In this document: piece by piece, positions 38,460 to 48,068 of the stretch
Layout: each line of letters begins with the position of its first letter
Numbering within the stretch: position 1 is the stretch's first letter
From: an uncultured Gemmatimonadales bacterium
GTDB lineage: Bacteria > Gemmatimonadota > Gemmatimonadetes > Gemmatimonadales > GWC2-71-9
Direction of reading: 5' to 3'
NCBI GenBank assembly: GCA_963795085.1
Contig: CAWCFX010000004.1
Coordinates: 608,001-672,000, forward strand
Length of the DNA stretch: 64,000 bases
Position numbers and translations under genes: made by a program
Notes under the pieces: generated by a model
Database searches by the model: none
The model's input: the letters and a program-made list of their open reading frames with translations, nothing else
Told to the model about the DNA's origin: nothing

Positions 38460-39422
38460 ATGCGGTCAAAAGCCCTGACACGCCCGCCCCGGCTCGCCCC
38501 GGGCAGCCGGATCGCCCTGGTGGCGCCCGCCGGCCCCCTGCTGGAGCGCGATGACCTCACGCGGGGGGAGGAGCTTTGCCGCGCGCTGGGCTTCGAACCG
38601 GTTCTCGCGGCCCATGCCGGCGGCCGATACGGCTACCTCGCCGGCACCGACGAGCAGCGGCTGGCCGATCTCAACGCCGCCCTGCGCGATGACCGGGTGG
38701 ACGCGGTGTGGTGCCTCCGGGGCGGGTACGGGATCACCCGCATCCTGGACGGCGTCGATTTCCGGGCGCTGGAGCGTCACCCCAAGGCGGTGATCGGGTA
38801 CTCGGATATCACGGCCCTCATCAATGCCCTCGCCCGACGGAGCGGTGTGGTCACCTTCCATGGGCCGATGAGCCGGTCCAGTCTCTCGCCCTTCAGCCGG
38901 TGGCACCTCGACCGGGTGCTGACCAACCTGAGCGAGGCCGGACAACTGGGCCGCATCGCGCAGCCGGCCGACGTGCTGGTTCCCCGGGACAACCGCATCG
39001 TGACGCTGACGCCCGGCGTGGCTGAGGGCCGCCTGTACGGAGGCAACCTCACGCTGCTCCAGGCCCTGATCGGGACCCCGTACTTTCCCGACCTGGACGG
39101 AGCCCTCCTCTTCCTGGAAGATGTGGGCGAGGACCTCTATTCGGTGGACCGGATGCTGGCCCACCTGCGAATGGTGGGCGCGCTCGCCAAACTCAACGGT
39201 GTCGTCGTCGGCCGCTTTACGGAAATGAAGCGAGGTACCGACGACGGCGCCCTGGGGTTCGACGAGGTGCTCTCCACCTACCTGGCGCCGCTCAAGGTCC
39301 CGGTCGCCTATGGGTTTCCGCTGGGCCACATTGACGACCAGTGGACTCTTCCCCTCGGCGTGCGGGCCCGCCTCGATGCGACGGCGGGCGCGCTGGATAT
39401 TCTGGAGCCGGCGGTCTCGTAG
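38460..39422 (+). CDS. ldcA: LD-carboxypeptidase (peptidase S66)
   Basis: RGGYG, IGYSDIT, GGNL, FLEDVGE, LGH; GGAGG SD. Confidence 0.93.
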   Translation: MRSKALTRPPRLAPGSRIALVAPAGPLLERDDLTRGEELCRALGFEPVLAAHAGGRYGYLAGTDEQRLADLNAALRDDRVDAVWCLRGGYGITRILDGVDFRALERHPKAVIGYSDITALINALARRSGVVTFHGPMSRSSLSPFSRWHLDRVLTNLSEAGQLGRIAQPADVLVPRDNRIVTLTPGVAEGRLYGGNLTLLQALIGTPYFPDLDGALLFLEDVGEDLYSVDRMLAHLRMVGALAKLNGVVVGRFTEMKRGTDDGALGFDEVLSTYLAPLKVPVAYGFPLGHIDDQWTLPLGVRARLDATAGALDILEPAVS

Positions 39423-39434
39423 GAACCGGCCCGG

Positions 39435-39953
39435 TCAGTTTCCCGGCTCGACCCGCAATGATTTCCGCACTACCGTGACCGTGTCGCCGTGGTGCTCCGC
39501 TACCTGGAGCACTTCCCACCCGCACCGCTCGAAAAGTTCGGCCGCCCTGATGGTCACCGCATGGAGTTGGGTAAACCCCTGGCCTGCCGCCAGGTCTTCC
39601 ACTGCCCGGATCAACTGCCGGCCAATGCCGCGGTTCCGCCAGGCCGGGTCAACGTACAGGTGGGTGAGCCAGGGAGTGAACTCGCGGCACACCGTGCTGC
39701 TTTCGGCCGACAGGGTCACCGTCCCCGCAAACGACAGACCGACCATCGCGACCAGGGCAAGCGGGAGGCCTTCATCCCGGCAGCGGTCGGCGAATCCCAT
39801 CTTGATCGCGGCGATGGGCTGGTCGGCGAAATAAACCGGCCACTGGGCTTTGAACCCCTGGGCCAAGTCGCCCAACACCTCGGGATGGTCCGCGAGGTGG
39901 CTGATCTCGACCTCCGGAACCGGAGATTGGGGAGGCTGAATCAATTTGCCCAT
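39435..39953 (-). CDS. GNAT family acetyltransferase
   Basis: WLTHLYVDPAWRNRGIG. Confidence 0.88.
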   Translation of the reverse strand: MGKLIQPPQSPVPEVEISHLADHPEVLGDLAQGFKAQWPVYFADQPIAAIKMGFADRCRDEGLPLALVAMVGLSFAGTVTLSAESSTVCREFTPWLTHLYVDPAWRNRGIGRQLIRAVEDLAAGQGFTQLHAVTIRAAELFERCGWEVLQVAEHHGDTVTVVRKSLRVEPGN

Positions 39954-40017
39954 CCTGGTCGTATCATTTCACATTGAAACGTGATCTGATCCCCCTCATG
40001 GCATGGAGAAATCTCGT

Positions 40018-40478
40018 ATGAGCAAAGGCCTCATCGCTTTAGCTGTCCTGACTATGGTCTTCCCACTCGTCGCTGGGGCGCAGGACCAGCAGGCCAGGCT
40101 GGGGACGCCAGTATCGAGGGCGATACCGTGGCGATCGTAGAAGCGCTCAATGCCGGCGCTGAGATCGACCGGCTCGACACCCGGAGAAATTCCAACGGCC
40201 GCCGCGCGCTCAACTATGCGGCCTACTTCAATCGGGTCCCTGCGGTGCGCGTGCTGCTTGCCCGAGGCGCGAGTGTCAACCTGGCCAACACCAGCGGGTT
40301 CACACCGGTCCATCATGCCGCCGAGGGAGGCGCGACTGACGCGTTGATGATACTGCTTGGAGCCGGCGCCGATGTGTCCTTACCCAACGTGAATGGCCGG
40401 CTTCCGATTGATACCGCGACCTCGCGAGAGTATTTCGACATCGTGCAGATCCTGGCCGCGGCATCGAAGAAACCCTGA
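40018..40478 (+). pseudogene. Secreted ankyrin-repeat protein with a 1-nt frameshift near 40101
   Basis: SD GGAGA, ATG 40018 and signal peptide in one frame; ankyrin repeats (GRRALNYAA, GFTPVHHAA, GRLPIDTA) in another. Confidence 0.75.
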
Positions 40479-40551
40479 CGGTCACGAAGGGAGCCGGGGC
40501 GGACCGTGCCACCGGAAATCAACACCGCTGGTTTCCGGGGCACAACCGACG

Positions 40552-41391
40552 TCAGGCCAGGAACCGGGAGAACCAGTTCACGGTTTCGCCAAGCGCCAGG
40601 TCAAGGGCGGGCGGCAGCGTCTGGAGTGGATGGGTCGCGCCAAAGGTATGGCCGGTGTCAGGAATCATGAGCAGCCGGGCCCGGGAGCCGGAGCCGAGGT
40701 GCAGGGCCTGGGCATCTTCGGGTGCCACGGTTTCATCTCCGGCACCGTGAATAATCAGCCACGGGCGTTCGATCCTGCCGCCGGCTGCCGCGATGTCGAG
40801 GGTGCTCCTGGCATTCTGGTCGATGTCGTCGAGCACGTCGGTGGAGAGCGGCATGGTCTGGCCGGTCCTGGCGTTCTGGATGCTCAGGTACCCCCGGCGC
40901 CGCCATGCGTCCCTGGCGTCCGCCGACCATCGATCCGCCTTTCCGATCGCCGCCCAGGTGACGAGGCAGCGCACATCCTGGTTTTGCGCGGTCTCCAGGA
41001 TGGCTATCCCGCCGCCCCGGGAATGGCCGAGAATGCCGAGGGAGGTAGGGGCTGGAATTCCGAACGGGTCACCTAGGCGGAGCGCGAGCGCGGTGCGATG
41101 GAGGTCTTCCAGTTCCGCGGAATAGGTGTTCCGTCCGAACCTGTCCTCATGCGTAAACTGGCCCTGGTCGTCCACGCCGCTGCCACTCACGTTCAAGGAA
41201 AGCGCTGTCATTCCGGCCCGGGCCAGCCGCTCTGCGGCCAGCGGGAACATGCCCCAATCCTTGAAGCCCTTGAACCCATGCAGGATGATCACCGCGGGGC
41301 GGGGATTCCGCCGGTCTCCGGTGCGCAGGTCGACGAGGATTTCGCCCAGCGATCCTGCGAGAGTGTGCTTGGTAGTCGTTGCCGTAGCCAT
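40552..41391 (-). CDS. Alpha/beta hydrolase
   Basis: HGFKGFKDWG, GHSRGG, HGAGDETV, GHTFG. Confidence 0.9.
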   Translation of the reverse strand: MATATTTKHTLAGSLGEILVDLRTGDRRNPRPAVIILHGFKGFKDWGMFPLAAERLARAGMTALSLNVSGSGVDDQGQFTHEDRFGRNTYSAELEDLHRTALALRLGDPFGIPAPTSLGILGHSRGGGIAILETAQNQDVRCLVTWAAIGKADRWSADARDAWRRRGYLSIQNARTGQTMPLSTDVLDDIDQNARSTLDIAAAGGRIERPWLIIHGAGDETVAPEDAQALHLGSGSRARLLMIPDTGHTFGATHPLQTLPPALDLALGETVNWFSRFLA

Positions 41392-41414
41392 GGAAAGCCC
41401 CTTATTCTTCAAGC

Positions 41415-41636
41415 ATGCCGGTCTACGAATACTACTGTCTCGAGTGCGGAAACGCCTTCGAGCTCCTGGTGCGGGGCGAGATGGTCCCGGCTTGTCCGGC
41501 CTGCGCCGCCGTCCGCATCGAGCGCCGGATGTCGGTGACCGCACGACCGGGGGGCGGGCCACGGTCCCCCGATTTCAGCTCTCTGGGGCCACCGTCGGGT
41601 TCGGGAGGGTGCGGTAGCGGCTGCGGGTGCCACTGA
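41415..41636 (+). CDS. FmdB family zinc-ribbon protein
   Basis: MPVYEYYCLECG-FE, CPAC, Cys-rich tail. Confidence 0.88.
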   Translation: MPVYEYYCLECGNAFELLVRGEMVPACPACAAVRIERRMSVTARPGGGPRSPDFSSLGPPSGSGGCGSGCGCH

Positions 41637-42211
41637 GCCCGCTGCAGCAACTCCTGTCGCTTCGGTTACCCCTCCGCTCCCCGGCAGTGGTCGAGGAATC
41701 GGAACTGAGCCAGGCCGCCGTGGCGGTACTGGTGGGATCAGACCCGGACGCAGTGCTTCTCATCCGGAGGTCGGAGCGGGACGGGGACCCCTGGTCCGGT
41801 CATATGGGTCTGCCTGGAGGGCGCCGCGGCCCCACGGATGAGCACCTGCTCGCTACGGCCATTCGAGAGACCATGGAAGAAGTCGGGGTCGAAATCCTGC
41901 CCCATCAATTGCTGGGAACGCTCGACGATGTCGCGCCCAAATCCAAGCCCGTCCTCCCGGTGTTCGCCCGCCCTTTCGTGTTCGCTGCCCAGGGCCACCC
42001 GGTGCTCCGGCCGAACCACGAGGTGTCCACCGCCCGCTGGGTTCCACTCCAGGCACTCACCGATCCTTTGAACGTCCGCCAGTTCTCAGTCCAGATCGGC
42101 GGCACCTCCCGCACTTTCCCTTCCTACCATCTTGTTGAGGGCCCGGTCTGGGGCATGACTGAGCGAATACTCACATCTCTCATCTACATAATCGGCGAAC
42201 CGACCAGCTAG
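41627..42211 (+). CDS. Nudix hydrolase (CoA pyrophosphatase-like)
   Basis: AAVAVL, WSGHMGLPGG, AIRETMEEVG, VWGMT. Confidence 0.88.
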   Translation: MPLSPLQQLLSLRLPLRSPAVVEESELSQAAVAVLVGSDPDAVLLIRRSERDGDPWSGHMGLPGGRRGPTDEHLLATAIRETMEEVGVEILPHQLLGTLDDVAPKSKPVLPVFARPFVFAAQGHPVLRPNHEVSTARWVPLQALTDPLNVRQFSVQIGGTSRTFPSYHLVEGPVWGMTERILTSLIYIIGEPTS

Positions 42212-42270
42212 TGTCATAACTGTGGCGTCATGCTGGGAGCGGCTTGGTGGACTATTAGGTCGTGATAATC

Positions 42271-42312
42271 TTGACATTAGTGTTGGTTGAGTTAGGATTT
42301 AGTCTATCCTAA
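42271..42312 (+). promoter_or_regulatory. Sigma70 promoter overlapped by a DtxR/MntR-type operator
   Basis: TTGACA 42271-42276, 16 bp spacer, TAGGAT 42293-42298; inverted repeat TTAGGAT-N7-ATCCTAA at 42292-42312 in an AT-rich patch. Confidence 0.75.
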
Positions 42313-42325
42313 TTTCAGGGCACTC

Positions 42326-43018
42326 ATGGCTTCCGCCGCAGCGCAGGACCCGATCACCCGGTCGGTCGAAGACTACCTCAAGACCATCTACCATCTTTCC
42401 CTGCACGGCAATCCGGCGGGCACCAGCGATATCGCGCACGCCCTCGAACTGTCTCCGCCGTCGGTCAGCGGGATGGTGAAGCGGCTGGCCGAGCAGGGCC
42501 TGGTCCAGCATGCCCCCTACAAGGGAGTGGAATTGACTGGCCCGGGCCGGCGCCTGGCCCTCCGGATGGTGCGCCGGCACCGGCTGATCGAATCCTACCT
42601 GGTGGAGTTTCTGAACTACGACTGGGATACCGTGCACGAGGAAGCCGAGCGGCTGGAGCATGCCGTCTCCGACACCCTTATCGAACGGATGGCGTCCGCC
42701 CTGGGCGATCCGCTGGTGGATCCGCACGGTGACCCCATTCCCACGGCGGACGGGACCATCCTGGAGCTGGTCTTTACTCCGCTTCCCGAAGTCGCGGTGG
42801 GGGAGACGGTCGAGGTTCGCCGGGTGGACGTGCGGGACGCGGAACGGCTGCGGTACCTCGCTTCCCTGGGGCTCAAGCCGGGCGCCCGGGTTGCGGTTAC
42901 CGACCGGCAGCCGTTCAATGGACCCATCACCATCAGGACCGATTCGCGGGATCACATTTTGGGGTATGAGCTGGCGTTGTCGCTGCTCTGTGACGCGGTG
43001 CCGGCGGAGGGAGACTGA
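42326..43018 (+). CDS. DtxR/MntR family metal-dependent repressor with FeoA-like domain
   Basis: SVEDYLKTIY, RRHRLIE, HEEAERLEH, DPHGDPIP. Confidence 0.94.
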   Translation: MASAAAQDPITRSVEDYLKTIYHLSLHGNPAGTSDIAHALELSPPSVSGMVKRLAEQGLVQHAPYKGVELTGPGRRLALRMVRRHRLIESYLVEFLNYDWDTVHEEAERLEHAVSDTLIERMASALGDPLVDPHGDPIPTADGTILELVFTPLPEVAVGETVEVRRVDVRDAERLRYLASLGLKPGARVAVTDRQPFNGPITIRTDSRDHILGYELALSLLCDAVPAEGD

Positions 43019-43020
43019 GA

Positions 43021-44043
43021 ATGGGTAAACTCTCGAAACTCCAGCTTTCCCGGCGGGACCTGCTCAAAGTCGGGGCCCTGGGCGGCGTGGGACTGGCCGC
43101 CGGGGGCAGCGCCTTTGTGCTGGGTGGCCAGGAACAGACGCCCCGTTCCGTTCCTGCCCCCGGATCTCACCATGACATGGTCACCATGGGCGAACTGCAG
43201 CCCGGCTCGTTCGATCCCACGGCTTACCTGCGGACTTTCGATACCGGGGTGGTCTCCACCCTTCCCAACGGGCAGACGCTGCGGGAGTACCAGCTGGTGG
43301 CGGAAGACCGGGAGATCGAGGTCGCGCCCGGGGTGTTTTATCCGGCATGGACTTATAACGGCAGCGTCCCGGGGCCCACGATTCGCTGCACCGAGGGAGA
43401 CCGGGTCCGGATCCGTTTCACCAACCGGGGCAGCCACGCGCACACCGTCCATTTCCACGGCATCCATGCGGCCATGATGGACGGCGCCTTTGAACCGGTG
43501 CAGCCGGGGCAGAGTTACACCTATGAGTTCGATGCCGAGCCGTTTGGTCTCCATCTGTATCATTGCCACACCGTGCCGATCAAGCGTCATATCCACAAGG
43601 GCCTCTACGGCGTATTCCTGATCGACCCGAAGGCGGGCCGTCCCCCGGCCCATGAGCTGGTCATGACGATGAACGCCTTCGATACCAACTTTGACGGCGA
43701 GAACGAAGTCTACGCCGTCAACACGGTGGCGTTTCACTACCAGAAGCATCCGATCACGCTGCAACTGGGTGAGGTGGTGCGCATCTACCTGGTCAACATC
43801 ACCGAGTTCGACCTGCTCAATTCGTTCCACCTGCACGGGAACTTCTTCAAGCTCTACCGGACCGGGACCGACCTCGAACGCTACGAGTTCACCGACACCG
43901 TCGCGCTCTGCCAGGGCGAACGGGCCGTGCTGGAGTTTACCTACAAGTTCCCGGGCATGTTCATGTTTCACGCGCACCAGAGCGAGTTCGCCGAGCTGGG
44001 CTGGGCCGGCATCTTCAATGTGAAGGCGTTACCCAATGCCTGA
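43021..44043 (+). CDS. Tat-exported two-domain multicopper oxidase
   Basis: SRRDLLK; HTVHFHG, YHCH-HIHKGL, FHLHG, FHAH. Confidence 0.92.
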   Translation: MGKLSKLQLSRRDLLKVGALGGVGLAAGGSAFVLGGQEQTPRSVPAPGSHHDMVTMGELQPGSFDPTAYLRTFDTGVVSTLPNGQTLREYQLVAEDREIEVAPGVFYPAWTYNGSVPGPTIRCTEGDRVRIRFTNRGSHAHTVHFHGIHAAMMDGAFEPVQPGQSYTYEFDAEPFGLHLYHCHTVPIKRHIHKGLYGVFLIDPKAGRPPAHELVMTMNAFDTNFDGENEVYAVNTVAFHYQKHPITLQLGEVVRIYLVNITEFDLLNSFHLHGNFFKLYRTGTDLERYEFTDTVALCQGERAVLEFTYKFPGMFMFHAHQSEFAELGWAGIFNVKALPNA

Positions 44044-45253
44044 ACTCGACACGCTGCCGGAACGGGAGACCGTCACCCCGTCGCCGCCCCGGGGGGGCCT
44101 GCCGCTCTGGGCGAAAGGGCTGCTGCCGCTGCTCCTGCTGGGCCTGCTGCTCGCGGGATTCCTCGCCCTGGGGCCGGTGGGTGTCTTCCAGCGGGCCTTT
44201 CCGCCGGTGGAGGAGCTTACGGTCGAGCGGATCACGCTGCCGCGCCCCTATCGAATGGAAGTGCGGGTGGTCAACGGTGGGCCGGAACCGGTGACCATCG
44301 CGCAGGTCATGGTGGACGATGCCAACTGGGTCTTTGGCATCGACGGCAGCGCGACCGTGGACCGCCTGGCGACCCGGATCATTACGATTCCCTACCCCTG
44401 GGTCGAGGGAGAGCCGCATGTCGTCAAGGTGGTGACCAGCACCGGGCTCACCTTCGAAGGCGATGTCGCGGTAGCCACCCTGACCCCGGTTGCGGATGCG
44501 CGGTACCTGGGCACCTTTGCGCTCCTCGGGGTGTACGCCGGCGTGGTCCCGGTCCTGCTGGGTCTGCTCTGGTTTCCCTTTCTGCGTCAGGTGGATCGCC
44601 GGTGGGTGGATTTTTTCCTGGCGCTGACCATCGGCCTGCTGGGATTCATTGGCGTCGAGGCGCTGGCCGAGGCGCTGGAGACGTCCGGACGGGTGGCCAG
44701 GGCATTCCAGGGCACCGGCCTGGTAGTGATTGGCGTGCTGGCGGCGCCGCTGCTGCTCGCGTCGCTGGGGCGCTGGCGCGGCGCCGCCCGGGGCACCCGC
44801 CCCGGGTTCCATGTCGCGCTGCTGATCGCCATTGGAATCGGGTTACACAACCTCGGGGAGGGCCTGGCGATCGGGACATCCTACGCCACCGGCGAGATCA
44901 CCCTGGGCACTTCCCTCCTGGTAGGCTTCCTGCTCCACAACACCACGGAAGGCCTGGGGATCATTGCGCCCCTCTCCGGCGAGCGTCCCGGCTTCCGGCG
45001 CCTGGTGCTGCTGGGACTCATTGCCGGTGTCCCGACGGTGGTGGGCACCTGGATCGGTGGATTTTCCTACTCGCCCATCTGGACCACCCTGTTCTTTGCC
45101 CTCGGTGCCGGCGCCATCGTCCAGGTGATCTACGAACTCTTCCGCCTGTTCGCCCGCCGGGGCCCCGGGGCGCTGCTGGCGCCGCTCAACGTGGCCGGCC
45201 TGCTCGCCGGCGTGATGATCATGTACCTCACCGGCCTGCTGGCGGTCGGCTGA
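44036..45253 (+). CDS. ZIP family metal transporter with an N-terminal extracytoplasmic domain
   Basis: IGLHNLGEGLAIG and LLHNTTEGLG; multiple TMs. Confidence 0.9.
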   Translation: MPELDTLPERETVTPSPPRGGLPLWAKGLLPLLLLGLLLAGFLALGPVGVFQRAFPPVEELTVERITLPRPYRMEVRVVNGGPEPVTIAQVMVDDANWVFGIDGSATVDRLATRIITIPYPWVEGEPHVVKVVTSTGLTFEGDVAVATLTPVADARYLGTFALLGVYAGVVPVLLGLLWFPFLRQVDRRWVDFFLALTIGLLGFIGVEALAEALETSGRVARAFQGTGLVVIGVLAAPLLLASLGRWRGAARGTRPGFHVALLIAIGIGLHNLGEGLAIGTSYATGEITLGTSLLVGFLLHNTTEGLGIIAPLSGERPGFRRLVLLGLIAGVPTVVGTWIGGFSYSPIWTTLFFALGAGAIVQVIYELFRLFARRGPGALLAPLNVAGLLAGVMIMYLTGLLAVG

Positions 45254-45278
45254 CCTTTACAACTCTCCCGGTTTGCTC

Positions 45279-46088
45279 ATGCATCGTCTTGCCGTAATTG
45301 TCGGTCTGCTGTGCTGGAACGGGCCCCTCCTGGCCCAGGACCGGATCGAGGACAACAGCTTCCTGATCGAGGAGGCCTACAATCAGGAATCGGGCGTCGT
45401 CCAGCACATCAGTACCTTCGCCCGGGCCTCGATGGGCGACTGGGAATACACCTTCACCCAGGAATGGCCGTTCCTGGGCCAGGCCAACCAGGTGGGCTTC
45501 ACGATTCCGGTGGCTGGGCTCGACGCCGGAGCCGGCAGGGAAACCCGGATCGGAGACGTCGCGCTCAATTACCGGCGGCAACTGCTGGGGATCGGCGGCG
45601 GGCGGGTTGCCCTGAGTCCCCGGCTTTCGCTGCTTCTCCCGACCGGGCGGGAGGAGAGCGGTCACGGAGCCGGAGGCCTCGGTCTCCAGGCCAACCTGCC
45701 CGTGAGTCTCCTGATCACCGGCCGGCTGGTCACGCACTACAACGCCGGGTTCACCCTCACGCCGCGCGCCCGGAACGGGGCCGGAGCCAGGGCCAGCGCG
45801 TTCGGCTATCACGTGGGCGGGAGCGCGATCCTGCTGCTGACGCAGCGGCTCAACCTGATGGTCGAGGGTCTCTGGCTCAGCAACCAGGACGTGGTCGCCG
45901 GCGACCTCACCGCCGTGGTCCAGGAAGCCTACCTCAATCCCGGGTTCCGCTACGCGATCGACACCCCAGGGGGACTCCAGATCGTGCCCGGCATCGCCTA
46001 CACCATCGGGCTCGGTCCCAGCGAAGGCGACAACAGCATCTTTGTGTATTTGAGCCTGGAGCACAGGTTCAAGACGAGTGACAGGTGA
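45279..46088 (+). CDS. Outer-membrane beta-barrel protein (MetA-pathway-like transporter)
   Basis: Signal peptide, IEDNSFLIEEAYNQE, IGDVALNYR, LPTG, C-terminal YLSLEHRF. Confidence 0.75.
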   Translation: MHRLAVIVGLLCWNGPLLAQDRIEDNSFLIEEAYNQESGVVQHISTFARASMGDWEYTFTQEWPFLGQANQVGFTIPVAGLDAGAGRETRIGDVALNYRRQLLGIGGGRVALSPRLSLLLPTGREESGHGAGGLGLQANLPVSLLITGRLVTHYNAGFTLTPRARNGAGARASAFGYHVGGSAILLLTQRLNLMVEGLWLSNQDVVAGDLTAVVQEAYLNPGFRYAIDTPGGLQIVPGIAYTIGLGPSEGDNSIFVYLSLEHRFKTSDR

Positions 46089-46151
46089 GCGTGAGGGGTG
46101 GGAGGGCGAAGAGGAGGGTGCTGCCTCTGGCCATGGGCCATGCGCTGCCGT

Positions 46152-47108
46152 TTACTCGGAGGGCACCTCCTCCTCGCTCAGGGCGTTGAGCAGCCGGGCC
46201 AGCCGGAGGTCGCGGGCCGCGCGCAACTGGGGAATCTGGGCCCCGTAGGTTTTCTCGATTGCCCGGGTCAGCCGGTGCTGGTCTTCGGAGCTGAGCTGGG
46301 TCCATCCGGCGAGGTGTTCCCAGCGGGCGGCATTGATACTGATGAGCCGGGCCAGCATGCCGGCTTCGTCCTCGTTCGGCCCCAGCAAGTTCGTAAGATG
46401 CGGGCCGGCCGCCGCCCAGCCCAACGCGGGGCCCATCTCCAGGACGGTATCCACGTCCACGATGTCCACCACGCCTTCCAGCACCAGGTGGATACACTCC
46501 CGCCAGACCGCCGCCGAAATCCGGCCGGCCACACTGCCGTCAATCTCCTTCTTCAGAATGACCGGCACCCGGCCGAGGCCGGTCAGCCAGAAACGAACGT
46601 CCTCGACGCAGTCGGAATCGGTGAGTGGGCTGGGGACAATCTCGACCGCCGGCAGCAGTTCGACTGGCTTGAGCGAATGGAGCACCAGCATTCGGTCGGG
46701 CCGGCGCAGCCGGCCGCAGAGGTTGCTGGGGAGAAGGTTCTGGGTGTTGCTGGTGATGACCGCCTTGAGGCGGCAGACTTGTTCGACCTGCTCGAGGACC
46801 CGCTGTTTCGCACCCAGGTCGTCAGTGGTGGCCTCGATGATCCAGTCGGCTTCGGTCACGGCATGGAGCAGGCTGCGGCCCAGGCGAAGCTCACTCAGCC
46901 CGACCGCGGTGGTGGCTTCGTCGGCATGGCCCATGGCGGCCAGCGAATGGGTACGCCGACCGATGGTGGCCTGGGCCCGTTGCAGCTGCCCGGTGTTGGT
47001 GTCGTAGATGGTCACGGACCAGCCCCGGGAGACGGCCAGCGCTGCCCACCCGCAACCGACGTCTCCGGCACCGAGAATTGCGACCCTGGGGGGAACGAGA
47101 TCAGGCAT
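46152..47108 (-). CDS. 3-hydroxyacyl-CoA dehydrogenase family protein (carnitine/gulonate dehydrogenase-like)
   Basis: VAILGAGDVGCGWA, IIEA, SNT, KEIDG, AAGPH. Confidence 0.85.
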   Translation of the reverse strand: MPDLVPPRVAILGAGDVGCGWAALAVSRGWSVTIYDTNTGQLQRAQATIGRRTHSLAAMGHADEATTAVGLSELRLGRSLLHAVTEADWIIEATTDDLGAKQRVLEQVEQVCRLKAVITSNTQNLLPSNLCGRLRRPDRMLVLHSLKPVELLPAVEIVPSPLTDSDCVEDVRFWLTGLGRVPVILKKEIDGSVAGRISAAVWRECIHLVLEGVVDIVDVDTVLEMGPALGWAAAGPHLTNLLGPNEDEAGMLARLISINAARWEHLAGWTQLSSEDQHRLTRAIEKTYGAQIPQLRAARDLRLARLLNALSEEEVPSE

Positions 47109-47204
47109 GAGTGGGTACACGATAACGAAAAGCCCGGCGGGAGTCCATTGAACGGCGGCACCCATGCCGCAGCCGGTTCCGGGGCCGGGTAGATTGAGGA
47201 CCTG

Positions 47205-48068
47205 ATGACGCGCACCCTGGTTTTCCGCCTGGGGGGACTGGTGGCCGGCCTGGGCCTTTTGCTGGGCCGGGTACCGGCCCTGTCCGGCCAGGCGCCGGCT
47301 CCAGCCCCGTCGCCGGTGGCGGTCGAACGCCGCCTGGCGGAACGCCTGGGGCTGGCCATCGGTGACGCGGTGGCGCTCGGCACCCATCCCGATTCAATAG
47401 GTCACGCCGGGGTGGTAGCCGCGATCTACGAGCCGGCACCCGATCCCGCTTCAATTACCCGGCGGGAACTGGGTGTGCGCATGCACCTCCCGGATCTGGC
47501 GGCGATGCTCCGGGTGCCGGACCGGGTGGACCGCCTCGGCGTTCGGCTGCGGCCCGGTGTGGATCCGGATAGCGCCGCGGCCCGGCTCAACCAGCTGGCC
47601 TTCGGGTTCCGGGCCCATTCCTCCCGGGCGATTGCCGCCGGGTCTTCCCAGACCTTCCGGGTGGTGAGCCGGTTTCACCGGGCGATTGCCGTCATTTCCA
47701 TTGTGGCCAGCGCGGTGTTCCTGCTCTGCATCATGCTGCTCAAGGTGGAGGAGCGCCGGCGTGATGCCGCTCTCATGCGGTTGATTGGCGTCCGCCGCCG
47801 GGTCATCTTCGGCGCACTGCTCCTGGAAGCGGTCGCCGTGGCGCTAATCGGCTCCGCGGCAGGGGTACTGCTGGCGGCAGCGGCCGGCGCGGTCACCAAC
47901 CTGTATTACCAGCGGCTCTTCGACACCGCATTGATTTTCTCCCGGATTACCGCCGACATCGTCCTTTTCAGCGTGGCGCTTTCCCTCCTGCTCGGCGTGG
48001 GCGCCGGGGCGCTGGCTGCCACCCGGTTGATCCGGACTCCACCCCTGGTGCTGTGGGGCCGGGGATGA
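47205..48068 (+). CDS. MacB/FtsX-type ABC permease, C-terminal half with signal-peptide-like N-terminus
   Basis: LAERLGLAIGD, VEERRRDAALMRLIG, three C-terminal TMs. Confidence 0.82.
   Translation: MTRTLVFRLGGLVAGLGLLLGRVPALSGQAPAPAPSPVAVERRLAERLGLAIGDAVALGTHPDSIGHAGVVAAIYEPAPDPASITRRELGVRMHLPDLAAMLRVPDRVDRLGVRLRPGVDPDSAAARLNQLAFGFRAHSSRAIAAGSSQTFRVVSRFHRAIAVISIVASAVFLLCIMLLKVEERRRDAALMRLIGVRRRVIFGALLLEAVAVALIGSAAGVLLAAAAGAVTNLYYQRLFDTALIFSRITADIVLFSVALSLLLGVGAGALAATRLIRTPPLVLWGRG

Noticed and set aside
43021..44043. Copper nitrite reductase NirK
   Set aside because: It has four HxH motifs for a trinuclear cluster and sits in a metal-homeostasis context, which fits a two-domain oxidase
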